A stretch of 64,000 nucleotides of DNA from Hyphomonadaceae bacterium UBA5336 (lineage in GTDB: Bacteria > Pseudomonadota > Alphaproteobacteria > Caulobacterales > Hyphomonadaceae): the NCBI GenBank assembly GCA_002408125.1, contig DHQO01000022.1, forward strand, positions 25,582 through 89,581, written 5' to 3'. Shown one piece after another: positions 7,959 to 16,904 of this stretch. The position numbers were made by a program, and so were the translations under genes. Position 1 is the stretch's first letter; the number at the start of each line of letters is the position of its first letter. Under the pieces are notes generated by a model, which was not told the DNA's origin, searched no databases, and saw only the letters and a list, made by a program, of their open reading frames with translations.

Positions 7959-8891
7959 ATGTCCGACTCCAATGATCGCCTGCCGCCGCTGAATGCCCTG
8001 CGCGCCTTTGAAGCTGCCGCACGCCGCCTGTCTTTCACCAAGGCCGCCGAGGAGCTGAACGTCACGCCGGGGGCGATATCACAGCAGATCAGGCAATTGG
8101 AAGACTTTGCCGGAACCCCGCTGTTCAAGCGCACCGGGCGTTCAGTTCTTCTGACAGATGCCGCACAGGCCTGCCTACCGCTGGTGCGCGAGGCCTTCGA
8201 TCAGATCGGCGAGGCCGGGCGCATCATGCGCGCCCCGGCGCGGCGAGGCCGGGTGATGGTGTCGAGCGCGCCGAGCTTTGCCGCCAAATGGCTCGCGCCG
8301 AAGCTGGAAGGTTTCCACCAGGCCCATCCCGGGATCGAGGCCTGGGTCTCGGCGGACATGGCGCTGACGGACTTCAACACCGCCGATGCCGATATCGCGA
8401 TCCGCTATGGCACCGGCAATTATGAGGGCCTGAAAGCCGAAAAGCTGCTGGACGAGACCGTGCTTCCGGTCTGCTCGCCGCAATTGCTGGAGGGCGCCGA
8501 CGCCATCCGCAAGCCGGAGGATCTCGCCAGGCACACGCTGATCCACGATGAGAGCCCGGAGAACGATCCCTCCTGCCCGGACTGGTCGAGCTGGCTGGCT
8601 GCGCGCGGCGTGAAAGGTGTGGATGGCGGGCGGGGCCCGCGTTTCAACCAGGCGGTCCTCGTGATCGAGGCGGCGACCGCCGGGCGCGGCGTGGCGCTGG
8701 CCAAGCGTGCCATCGCCCAGGCCGATCTCGATGCCGGCCGGCTGGTCGCGCCCTTTGCCGATGGCTCGACGGAGATCGATTTCGCCTACTGGATCGTCTG
8801 GCCCAAGGGCCGCCATCTGAGCCCGGATGTGCGTGCCTTTATCGGCTGGGTACGCGAGGAAGCCCAGCGCAGCGAAGTGGTGGGCGTCTGA
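7959..8891 (+). CDS. LysR family transcriptional regulator (GcvA-like)
   Basis: LPPLNALRAFEAAARRLSFTKAAEELNVTPGAISQQIRQLE HTH plus a LysR substrate domain. Divergent from cysG. ATG at 7959 chosen over the longer ORF start at 7893. Confidence 0.85.
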   Translation: MSDSNDRLPPLNALRAFEAAARRLSFTKAAEELNVTPGAISQQIRQLEDFAGTPLFKRTGRSVLLTDAAQACLPLVREAFDQIGEAGRIMRAPARRGRVMVSSAPSFAAKWLAPKLEGFHQAHPGIEAWVSADMALTDFNTADADIAIRYGTGNYEGLKAEKLLDETVLPVCSPQLLEGADAIRKPEDLARHTLIHDESPENDPSCPDWSSWLAARGVKGVDGGRGPRFNQAVLVIEAATAGRGVALAKRAIAQADLDAGRLVAPFADGSTEIDFAYWIVWPKGRHLSPDVRAFIGWVREEAQRSEVVGV

Positions 8892-8962
8892 GCTTTTTCG
8901 AAAGGCTCCGTTAAGGCCCCGGGGCGAGACTGGCTCGTGAATCTCCGCCGGAGCCGCATGCC

Positions 8963-10102
8963 ATGAAGATCGCCGTGATCGGTCCCGTCCCGCCTTTTCG
9001 CAGTGGCGTGGCCAAGCATACCGGTGAACTGGCCAAGGCCCTGTCAGCTCATGGCGAGGTGCGCACCATTTCCTTCTCGCGTCAGTATCCGGGCTTGCTC
9101 TTTCCCGGTGAGGATGACCGCGACCTGAGAACCCGCCGTAATGCGCCGGACGAAACCGAATACGAGCTCGATTCCATCTCGCCGATCAGCTGGCGGCGCG
9201 TGGCATCCGATCTTGCCGAGTGGAAGCCGGACCTGGCCGTCCTGCCGGCCTGGACCTTCTTCACCGCGCCGGGGCTGACCTATGTGTCCAACGCCCTGCG
9301 CAAGGCCGGCACGCATGTGGTCTCTGTCGTGCATAATGCCGTCGACCATGAGGGCGCCGGCTGGAAGCGCGCGCTGCTGACGCGCCAGATCCTCGCCAGC
9401 GACTCTGCCGTTACCCATAATCGCGGCCTCGCCGAAGCCATTGCGGGTTTTGCCCCGGACCTGCCCGTGGCGGTGTGCCCGCATCCGCTGTTTGATTTTC
9501 CCGAGCCGAAAGGCCTCCTGCGCCGGCGTGCGAAGCTGGAGCTTCTGATGTTTGGCCTGATCCGGCCCTACAAGGGCGCCGACCTTCTGGTCGAGGCCAT
9601 GGGCGAACTGGCCGGTGAGGATGTCTGCGTCTCGATTGTCGGGGAAATGTGGGGCGATGGCGCCGCGCTCATGCGCCAGATCGCGGCCAGCCCGGCCAGC
9701 GAGCAGATCGAGCTGGTGCCGGAATTCCAGAGCGACGAGTATGCGGCGGAATATTTCGCGCGCGCTGACATTGTCGTGCTGCCCTATCGCCATGTCACCG
9801 GTTCCGGAGTTGTGCCGGTGGCGATGCGCTATGCCCGGCCGGTGATCGCCAGCGACCTGCCGGGGTTCCGCGAGACGGTGGTGCCCGGCGTGACCGGATG
9901 GCTCGCCCACCCGCAGGATACCGGCCACCTGGCCAGCCTGATCCGCGAGCGGCTTGAGCGCGGTGATGCCGGAGCGCTCCGGCCAGGGCTAATGGCCGCG
10001 CGCGAGCGGATGACCTGGCCGCGCTTTGCCAGGGCTGTTCTGGTCAGTGCGCGCGCGCCGACGGCCCAGACCTATGCAGACCGGGCCACGGCAGTCGCCT
10101 GA
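8963..10102 (+). CDS. glycosyltransferase family 4 (GT-B, group 1)
   Basis: 379 aa. N-terminal MKIAVIGPVPP.. and a C-terminal Glycos_transf_1 region (ADIVVLPYRHVTGSGVVPVAMRYARPVIASDLPGFRE). Confidence 0.8.
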   Translation: MKIAVIGPVPPFRSGVAKHTGELAKALSAHGEVRTISFSRQYPGLLFPGEDDRDLRTRRNAPDETEYELDSISPISWRRVASDLAEWKPDLAVLPAWTFFTAPGLTYVSNALRKAGTHVVSVVHNAVDHEGAGWKRALLTRQILASDSAVTHNRGLAEAIAGFAPDLPVAVCPHPLFDFPEPKGLLRRRAKLELLMFGLIRPYKGADLLVEAMGELAGEDVCVSIVGEMWGDGAALMRQIAASPASEQIELVPEFQSDEYAAEYFARADIVVLPYRHVTGSGVVPVAMRYARPVIASDLPGFRETVVPGVTGWLAHPQDTGHLASLIRERLERGDAGALRPGLMAARERMTWPRFARAVLVSARAPTAQTYADRATAVA

Positions 10103-10106
10103 TTGC

Positions 10107-10706
10107 TCAGCGCCCAGCCCAGGGCACTGCGGGCGGCGGTGAGGCGGTCTTCGGTTTCCTTTCGGGGGGTATCGGACGAAGATCGGTCGTGTCGAGCGCC
10201 AGCTGGCGTTGCCAGGGACGGTTGGCCCAAGCCATCAGAATGATCGGAAGCGTCAGGGCCAGCATGGCCAGGCCAACATGCCTTGCATCCTGTTCGGACG
10301 CGAACAGCATGCCGAGGACTGCGATCGGCAATCCGATCACACAGAAGAAGAGGAAAAGCAAAATCTGGTCGCGCCTGCCGGGGCCGGACAGGATGTCAAG
10401 ATCGGGCCGCTTTGCCTGAAGCGTTTGCAGAAGGGTCCTGGCCCCTTCCATATAGATCTCCGCATCCGGGTTCATCGGGCCGAACAGGGCATATTCGGCA
10501 ATGAATTTCCGACCGCCCGTTTCCAGCTCGACGCCCAGTGAGCGGCGTCTGGGCGAGGAGATATCGAAGAACCGCGCGCGCTTCACATCGGCGTAGTTCA
10601 CGATCTGGGCTGGCTTGTTGCCCTTGGTGATGCGGGCATGATCGGCGCAAACCTCCAACAGGTGCCCGCTGCCGACAAGGCTGGGAGAGTAGGAATATTG
10701 CGGCAT
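10107..10706 (-). CDS. hypothetical membrane protein (two predicted TM helices)
   Basis: 199 aa with hydrophobic segments ILLFLFFCVIGLPIAVLGMLF and VGLAMLALTLPIILMAW. No family recognised. Confidence 0.5.
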   Translation of the reverse strand: MPQYSYSPSLVGSGHLLEVCADHARITKGNKPAQIVNYADVKRARFFDISSPRRRSLGVELETGGRKFIAEYALFGPMNPDAEIYMEGARTLLQTLQAKRPDLDILSGPGRRDQILLFLFFCVIGLPIAVLGMLFASEQDARHVGLAMLALTLPIILMAWANRPWQRQLALDTTDLRPIPPERKPKTASPPPAVPWAGR

Positions 10707-10898
10707 GGCGTCCCTCCTGAACTGCGCGCGGTCTCAAAAGGGATAGGCGCGAGATTCAGGCGGATCGGGTCACGGCAACCCAACTCAACGCCGGATGGAG
10801 CTGCCGGGTTCCCCGAATGACCAAAGAGCGGCCCTGCTCGTGCCACATTGTGAGTGCAGGCTCATTTCATCGAAGCCCTGTCCAAGTGGAGTCCCGTG

Positions 10899-11438
10899 AT
10901 GTCCGCCCGCCGCAACACAGCTCTCGCCCTGCTGGCCCTCCTGGCCTTCATCTTCGCAGGTGTTTCCGCCGCCCAGCCCGCCGATCTCAAATCCACGCCG
11001 ACCACGGAAGCGACGATCGACTATCCGGGATTTCTCGAAATATCCGAGGAAGTAATGGCGCTGCGCGAGACGCGGCTGGTCTCGCTGGCACAGTTCAACG
11101 AGATGGCGGGCGAGCCGAAGACGGTCATCCTCGACACTCGCTCGGCCGAAGCCTTCGCCATGGGCCATATCGAGGGCGCAGTGCACCTGAATTTCTCCGA
11201 CTTCACCGATGCGAAGCTGGCCGAGGTGGCAGGCAGCAAGGACACGCGTATCCTGATCTACTGCAACAACAATTTCTCCGACAATATCGCGCCGGTGATG
11301 CTCAAGCGCGTGGAGCTTGCGCTCAACATTCCGACCTTCGTGAACCTCTATGGCTACGGCTATGAGAATGTCTATGAGCTGGCCGACCTGGTCTCCATCG
11401 AGGACCCGCAAGTGAACTGGGTCTCGTCCCTGTCCTAA
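10899..11438 (+). CDS. secreted rhodanese-like domain protein
   Basis: Signal peptide MSARRNTALALLALLAFIFAGVSAAQP. Rhodanese core LDTRSAEAFAMGHIEGAVHL.. and active-site loop YCNNNF. GTGGAG RBS precedes the ATG at 10899. Confidence 0.75.
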   Translation: MSARRNTALALLALLAFIFAGVSAAQPADLKSTPTTEATIDYPGFLEISEEVMALRETRLVSLAQFNEMAGEPKTVILDTRSAEAFAMGHIEGAVHLNFSDFTDAKLAEVAGSKDTRILIYCNNNFSDNIAPVMLKRVELALNIPTFVNLYGYGYENVYELADLVSIEDPQVNWVSSLS

Positions 11439-11561
11439 GGGGTTTTCCGGAGCGCGAGGCCTCCCCCGTTCTGTTATAAGTAAATCTAAATCGCGCGTTC
11501 GCTACCTTGTGTGCTGGGCGCGCTTTTGTCATGTGCGTTGCGTGCAGAAGCGAGAATATCC

Positions 11562-12380
11562 ATGACCGACACGGCTGCAGCCGCTGACAAGCCGCGCCCC
11601 AATCCGAATGCCCCGACCGAGGAAACCGTGCTGTCTGTACAGCATTATACCGACCGGCTGTTCAAGTTCCGCATCACGCGGCCGGCGACCTTCCGGTTCC
11701 GCTCGGGCGAGTTTGTGATGATCGGCCTGCCCAGGGATGACGGCAAGCCGCTCCTGCGTGCCTATTCCATCGCCTCGCCGGCCTGGGACGAGGAGCTGGA
11801 GTTTTTCTCGATCAAGGTGCCCGATGGCCCGCTGACCTCGCGCCTGCAGAAGATCGAGCCGGGCGACCATGTCCTGCTGGGCAAGAAGCCGACCGGCACG
11901 CTGGTCAATGATGCGCTCACGCCTGCAAAGCGCCTCTGGATGTTCTCCACCGGCACCGGCTTTGCCCCCTTTGCGAGCCTGATCCGCGATCCGGAGACCT
12001 ATCAGAAATTCGACGAGGTGATCGTTACCCATACCTGCCGGCTCGGCGAAGAGCTCGCCTATTCCACCGAGACCGTGGCCGGCGCCAAGGCCGACCCGCT
12101 GGTCGGCGAGGAAGCGACCGCGCAGCTGCGCCACTTCACCAGCTGTACCCGCACCCCGGATTATCCGGTGCAGGGCCGCATCACCTCGCTGATCGAAAAT
12201 GGCGGGTTGTGTGAGGCCATGGGCGTGCCGCCGCTGAGCCCGGAAAACGACCGCGCCATGATCTGCGGCTCCATGGAGATGATCCAGGACACCAAGGCGC
12301 TGCTGCTTGAGCGCGGCTTCGTGGAAGGCTCCAACGCCGCGCCGGCCGATTTCGTGATCGAGAAGGCCTTTGCCGGCTAG
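11562..12380 (+). CDS. fpr: ferredoxin--NADP(+) reductase
   Basis: 272 aa from MTDTAAAADK. FAD-binding motif RAYSIAS and an NAD-binding domain (LWMFSTGTGFAPF), bacterial Fpr type. Confidence 0.9.
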   Translation: MTDTAAAADKPRPNPNAPTEETVLSVQHYTDRLFKFRITRPATFRFRSGEFVMIGLPRDDGKPLLRAYSIASPAWDEELEFFSIKVPDGPLTSRLQKIEPGDHVLLGKKPTGTLVNDALTPAKRLWMFSTGTGFAPFASLIRDPETYQKFDEVIVTHTCRLGEELAYSTETVAGAKADPLVGEEATAQLRHFTSCTRTPDYPVQGRITSLIENGGLCEAMGVPPLSPENDRAMICGSMEMIQDTKALLLERGFVEGSNAAPADFVIEKAFAG

Positions 12381-12439
12381 CTGCGACCTATGCGCGAGGC
12401 GTGTAGCGCTGGCGGGCATGCGCGGCTATATCGGCGCCC

Positions 12440-12784
12440 ATGACGAGCTACACTTCCGATCCGCGCCGGCACACGGCCGAGACCGCCGAGACCATGGCTG
12501 ATGTGCGCTATGAGGTGGACCGCCTCGACCGCCTGCTGGTCGAGATCATCAAGGAACGCCAGTCCTTCATGGACGCCGCAGCCCGTATCAAGGGCTCGCG
12601 CGAGGCCGTGCTCGACCGCCCGCGCATCGAGGATGTGATCGCCAAGGTGAAACGCGCCGCCGAGGCCGCCGGCCTCTCGCCGGCCATTGCCGAGCCGGTC
12701 TGGCGGGTCATGATCGACCGCTGTATCGCCTATGAGTTCGAGGCCTTCGACGCGCTGAAATCGGAAGAAACCGCGAATTTGTGA
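12440..12784 (+). CDS. chorismate mutase (AroQ class)
   Basis: 114-aa all-helical protein. RYEVDRLDRLLVEIIKERQSFMDAAARIK..VLDRPRIEDV fits the AroQ signature. Confidence 0.8.
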   Translation: MTSYTSDPRRHTAETAETMADVRYEVDRLDRLLVEIIKERQSFMDAAARIKGSREAVLDRPRIEDVIAKVKRAAEAAGLSPAIAEPVWRVMIDRCIAYEFEAFDALKSEETANL

Positions 12785-13128
12785 GCCGCCGCCGCGGCGG
12801 CCTCAAGCGCCTCGCCGAGGGCGGCACGCACATCGTCGAGCGCCACGGCCGCCTGCACGGGGGTTGCTGTGCCGGAGCGACCCAATGTCTCGGCCCGCTC
12901 ACAATATCTCGCCAGCCGGATGGCCCCGATCCCCAGCGCTGAGCCTTTCAGGGTATGGGCCGCATCGGCCCAGGTGGGGGCCGGTTCCTTGGCGCTCAAG
13001 AGGCGTCCCCACATCGCGGCCTGTTCCTGAAAAATAGCAATGACTTCTGCAGCGAGGCCGGCATCGCCCATGGTCATCTTCGACAGATGGTTGAGGTCGA
13101 GGACCGGCAGGTCTGAGGTTTTGCTCAT
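12730..13128 (-). CDS. Hpt (histidine phosphotransfer) domain protein, stand-alone
   Basis: 132 aa with the canonical phospho-His motif AAHTLKGSALGIGA. Its 3' end overlaps the chorismate mutase 3' end by 55 nt. Confidence 0.8.
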   Translation of the reverse strand: MSKTSDLPVLDLNHLSKMTMGDAGLAAEVIAIFQEQAAMWGRLLSAKEPAPTWADAAHTLKGSALGIGAIRLARYCERAETLGRSGTATPVQAAVALDDVRAALGEALEAAAAAAHKFAVSSDFSASKASNS

Positions 13129-13307
13129 GGGTTTCAGGCGGTCTGTGGCGCGCGGATTGCAGCTTTTTAAAGCATATTATTTCAGCAAAGCGCCTAAGTT
13201 TTCATTTATGCGCCGGCGCCCATGACTGAGATTTTCATCTGAGCATGGCATCGAATTGCCATATACTCGGTTACGATAAAAAGAATACCAAAGGGAGCCC
13301 CTGCCAT

Positions 13308-14189
13308 ATGGCTGACAGCATCCGGATGACACCGCCGAAGAACCGCTATCTCGACAAGCCGAGAAACGAGGACTGGACGCTCGACCAGGACTGGGAGAGC
13401 TATTCGCCCGAAGAGCATGACCGCTGGGACCGCCTCTATCAGCGCCAGCGTTCCGTTCTGCCCGGGCGCGCCTGCGAGGCGTATGTGACCGCGCTGGACA
13501 AACTCCAGCTTTCCGATTCCGGCATTCCGCATATGGGGCGCCTGTCAGACCGGCTGGAGAAAATTACCGGCTGGCGCGTCGTGCCCGTGGCCGAACTGGT
13601 GCCCGACGAGATCTTCTTCGACCATCTCGCCAACAAGCGCTTCCCGGCCGGAGCCTTCATCCGCCCGGAAGCCGAATTCGACTATCTGCAGGAACCGGAT
13701 GTTTTCCACGATGTCTTCGGCCATGTGCCCCTGCTGGCCGATCCGGTCTTCTCCGATTTCATGCAGGCCTATGGCCAGGGCGGGGCGCGCGCGCTTGAGC
13801 GCGGCCAGCTGCATCACCTGGCCCGGCTCTACTGGTATACGGTGGAGTTTGGCCTGATCCGCGAGAAGGGCGACCTGCGCCTGTTCGGGGCCGGCATCAT
13901 GTCGAGCCCGCATGAGAGCGTCTTCGCGCTGGAAGACGATTCGCCCAATCGCATCGCCTTCGACCTGCAGCGCGTCATGCGCACGCGCTATATCATCGAC
14001 GATTTTCAGAAGACCTATTTCGTCATCGAGAGCTTCGAGGACCTTCTGGAGACCTGCTACCGGGATTTCGGCACGGTCTATTGCGAACTGCGCAATGCGG
14101 CCGACCTGGAGCCGCATGATATCCTGCCCGAGGACACTGTCCTCACCTACGGCACGCAGGCCTATTTCCAGCGCTCCAAACGGGCCTGA
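13308..14189 (+). CDS. phhA: phenylalanine 4-monooxygenase
   Basis: Biopterin-dependent hydroxylase core (PDVFHDVFGHVPLLADPVFSDFMQAYG.., YWYTVEFGLI). AAGGGA RBS precedes the ATG at 13308. Confidence 0.9.
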   Translation: MADSIRMTPPKNRYLDKPRNEDWTLDQDWESYSPEEHDRWDRLYQRQRSVLPGRACEAYVTALDKLQLSDSGIPHMGRLSDRLEKITGWRVVPVAELVPDEIFFDHLANKRFPAGAFIRPEAEFDYLQEPDVFHDVFGHVPLLADPVFSDFMQAYGQGGARALERGQLHHLARLYWYTVEFGLIREKGDLRLFGAGIMSSPHESVFALEDDSPNRIAFDLQRVMRTRYIIDDFQKTYFVIESFEDLLETCYRDFGTVYCELRNAADLEPHDILPEDTVLTYGTQAYFQRSKRA

Positions 14190-14220
14190 CCGCCAGTTCA
14201 GCTTTTGGCGCCGGGGCCCC

Positions 14221-14661
14221 TCAGGTCTCGGTGCCGGCGCTGTCGAGCAATATCCCCAGCGCTTCGACCCAGGCGATGACATCGCCTTCCACGCCCTCGC
14301 GGCGCAAGAGGGCGACTAGCAACTCGCTCGCCTGTCGCGGCCGGGCGCATTGCGCCACCGCCGCCTGGATCTCCGGCACGGCGCTCTGTGTGAAATCCTC
14401 GGCCATCTCGACAATCGCCCCGGCCTGGCTGGCCAGGCGTAGCGTGGTGTAGACGCCGGGGTCTTCCAGCTGTCCGGACAGGTCGCGCAGTGTCCTGAAT
14501 TCGCTGCGATGCTTGCGCACGAACGGGTCGAGGATCTGGTCTGTCTTGTAGTCCACCCATTCCGGCGTGCACGGCTCGGGCTCCAGCGTGGCACAGCCGG
14601 TCAGGGCGAGCCCGCCCAGCAATGTGCCGGCCAGTGCGTGGGCAAGTCTGGAGTTCGGCAT
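14221..14661 (-). CDS. hypothetical lipoprotein
   Basis: Lipobox LALTGC after a hydrophobic leader (MPNSRLAHALAGTLLGGLALTGC). No family recognised. Confidence 0.5.
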   Translation of the reverse strand: MPNSRLAHALAGTLLGGLALTGCATLEPEPCTPEWVDYKTDQILDPFVRKHRSEFRTLRDLSGQLEDPGVYTTLRLASQAGAIVEMAEDFTQSAVPEIQAAVAQCARPRQASELLVALLRREGVEGDVIAWVEALGILLDSAGTET

Positions 14662-14810
14662 GACAAGTCCCCTGAACAAGCCCGCTCACTATCGGGTCAG
14701 CCTGGTGCGCGCTCAAGCGCTGAAACGCCGGACTGCACGGGGTTTCACTTTGCCAGTGCTGCGAACCTGCGCAATATGGCCGCTTGAGGGAGATTGAAGG
14801 GCTAGAAGAC

Positions 14811-15761
14811 ATGGCAGACGCGCGCAGCATCATTCTCCACCATTACGATCAGTCCCCGTTTTCGGAGAAGGTGCGCCTCTATCTGCGCATGAAGAACCTC
14901 GCCTGGGCCAGTGTCGAGATTCCCAACATGCTGCCCAAGCCGGACCTGATGCCGCTCACCGGCGGCTATCGCCGCACGCCGGTGATGCAGATCGGGGCCG
15001 ATATCTATTGCGACACCGCGATGATCCTGATGGAGCTGGAGCGGCGCTATCCGCTGCCCACGCTGATTCTGCCCGGCCATGAGGGCCTTGCGAAAATCGT
15101 CGCGCACTGGACCGACCGGACCTGGTTCCAGGCTTCTGTCGGCGTCGTGTTCGGCGCGATCGGCGACTATGCGCCCGAGGCCTTCCTGAAGGACCGCGAA
15201 GCCCTGACCGGCAATCCCTTTAACGCGGAGGCGATGAAGACGGCGGCGCCCATGCTGCGCGATCAGTGGCGCGCCCATCTGATGACGCTGGAGGAGCGCC
15301 TGGAAGGCGGGCGCGGCGCGGGCGGTGGCGCCTGGATGGTCTCCACCAAGCCGGGCATGGTGGATGTTCACGCTCATATGAACATCTGGTTCGTGGAGCA
15401 GAATGTGCCTGATTTCGTGAAGGCGTGTCTCGATGGTGCACCCCTGGTGGCCGACTGGTATCAGCGCATGAAGGAATTTGAGGGTCAGCGCCCCGACGCG
15501 CTCTCGGCCAGCGACGCGCTCGCCATCGCACAGCGTGCCGGCCCGCGCCTGAAGGCCGCCACGGTGGACGAGCTGGAGCCTCAGGGCCTGGTGCTTGGCG
15601 ACGCCGTGGCCGTCGCGCCGGACGATTATGGCCGCGACTGGGTCACCGGCTCACTGGTCCATGCCGATGACCAGTGCATCATCCTGCAGCGCACCGACGC
15701 GCAGGCCGAAAGCATCCACATCCACTTCCCGCGGGCGGGGTATCTGGTGAGGCGGGGATAG
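14811..15761 (+). CDS. glutathione S-transferase family protein with an extra C-terminal domain
   Basis: 316 aa. GST_N-like start (IILHHYDQSPFSEKVRLYLRMKNL..RRTPVMQIGADIYCDT) and about 100 extra C-terminal residues. Confidence 0.75.
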   Translation: MADARSIILHHYDQSPFSEKVRLYLRMKNLAWASVEIPNMLPKPDLMPLTGGYRRTPVMQIGADIYCDTAMILMELERRYPLPTLILPGHEGLAKIVAHWTDRTWFQASVGVVFGAIGDYAPEAFLKDREALTGNPFNAEAMKTAAPMLRDQWRAHLMTLEERLEGGRGAGGGAWMVSTKPGMVDVHAHMNIWFVEQNVPDFVKACLDGAPLVADWYQRMKEFEGQRPDALSASDALAIAQRAGPRLKAATVDELEPQGLVLGDAVAVAPDDYGRDWVTGSLVHADDQCIILQRTDAQAESIHIHFPRAGYLVRRG

Positions 15762-15789
15762 AATTGGTGGCAGTTTGCCGCCACCCAGG

Positions 15790-16800
15790 TCAGGTGGACA
15801 CGCCAGACTTTTCCGCGCCGATCTCTCGCATGGCCCCGGCCGCGATCTCGAAGGAGCGCAGGCGTGCGGCATGGTCGTGAATCTGCCCGGTCAGGATCAC
15901 CTCGTCGGGCTGGTAGCGCTCGACCAGCGCAGCCAGCTCTGCGGTGACCTTTTCAGGTCCGCCAACGGCAGACACCCACAGCGCCTGGTCGACCAGCGAG
16001 ACCCAGTCCGGCTGGGCCACTTCGAGAATATCCTCCACCGGCCTCGGCAGGGGGCCGGGCTGGCCCGAGCGCAGATTGATGAAGGCCTGCTGCATGGAGG
16101 TCTTCAGACGTGTGCCCTCGGCATCGCTACCCGCCGCAAACACATTGACCGCCAGCATGAAACGCGGCGCCTCGATGTTGCCGGGGCGGAAACTGCGGCG
16201 ATAGACCTCGACCGCCTGCTCCAGCATGTCGGGCGCAAAGTGCGAAGCGAAGGCATAGGGCAGGCCGAGATGGGCGGCGAGCTGTGCGCCGAAGAGGCTC
16301 GATCCCAGCATCCAGACCGGCACCCGCGTGCCGGCGCCGGGCACCGCCTGCACCTTCTGGCCGGGCTGGGCGGGCTCGAAATAGGCCATGAGCTCCATGA
16401 CATCGTCGGGGAAGGTGTCGCCCGATTGCAGGCCGCGGCGCAGGGCGCGCATGGTCAGCTGGTCGGTGCCCGGCGCGCGCCCGAGGCCGAGATCGATGCG
16501 ACCCGGATAGAGCGTTGCCAGCGTGCCGAACTGTTCGGCCACCATGAGCGGGGCATGATTGGGCAGCATGATGCCGCCCGCGCCGACCCGGATCGTCTTC
16601 GTCGCGCCGGCGACATGGCCGATCATTACCGATGTGGCCGCCGACGCGATGCCGGTCATGTTGTGATGCTCGGCCATCCAGAAGCGGTGATAGCCGAGCG
16701 CCTCGGCATGGCGGGCGAGGTCCACCGTGTTCGCCAGCGCCTCAGCCGGGCTTGAGCCCTCCGGCACCGGCGCAAGATCGAGAACCGAATAGGGGATCAT
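15790..16800 (-). CDS. LLM-class (luciferase-like) flavin-dependent oxidoreductase
   Basis: Start at [12 protein letters not shown]. Contains [15 protein letters not shown], the hallmark of this family. Confidence 0.85.
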   Translation of the reverse strand: MIPYSVLDLAPVPEGSSPAEALANTVDLARHAEALGYHRFWMAEHHNMTGIASAATSVMIGHVAGATKTIRVGAGGIMLPNHAPLMVAEQFGTLATLYPGRIDLGLGRAPGTDQLTMRALRRGLQSGDTFPDDVMELMAYFEPAQPGQKVQAVPGAGTRVPVWMLGSSLFGAQLAAHLGLPYAFASHFAPDMLEQAVEVYRRSFRPGNIEAPRFMLAVNVFAAGSDAEGTRLKTSMQQAFINLRSGQPGPLPRPVEDILEVAQPDWVSLVDQALWVSAVGGPEKVTAELAALVERYQPDEVILTGQIHDHAARLRSFEIAAGAMREIGAEKSGVST

Positions 16801-16904
16801 GCGGTTTGGCTCCTGTATCTGTCGGCACTGATATAGGGGCGGGGTGGACGCATGGCACCCCGGAGTGCGGCCATGCCAGCCAGTGAGGAAATGACTCAAC
16901 CCCC

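Noticed and set aside
13246-13259. A sigma-54-like motif, TGGCATCGAATTGC, about 50 nt upstream of phhA. phhA is sigma-54/PhhR dependent in Pseudomonas.
   Set aside because: The GG-to-GC spacing is one nucleotide shorter than the strict -24/-12 consensus (TGGCAC-N5-TTGC), and no PhhR/NtrC-type activator gene is nearby.
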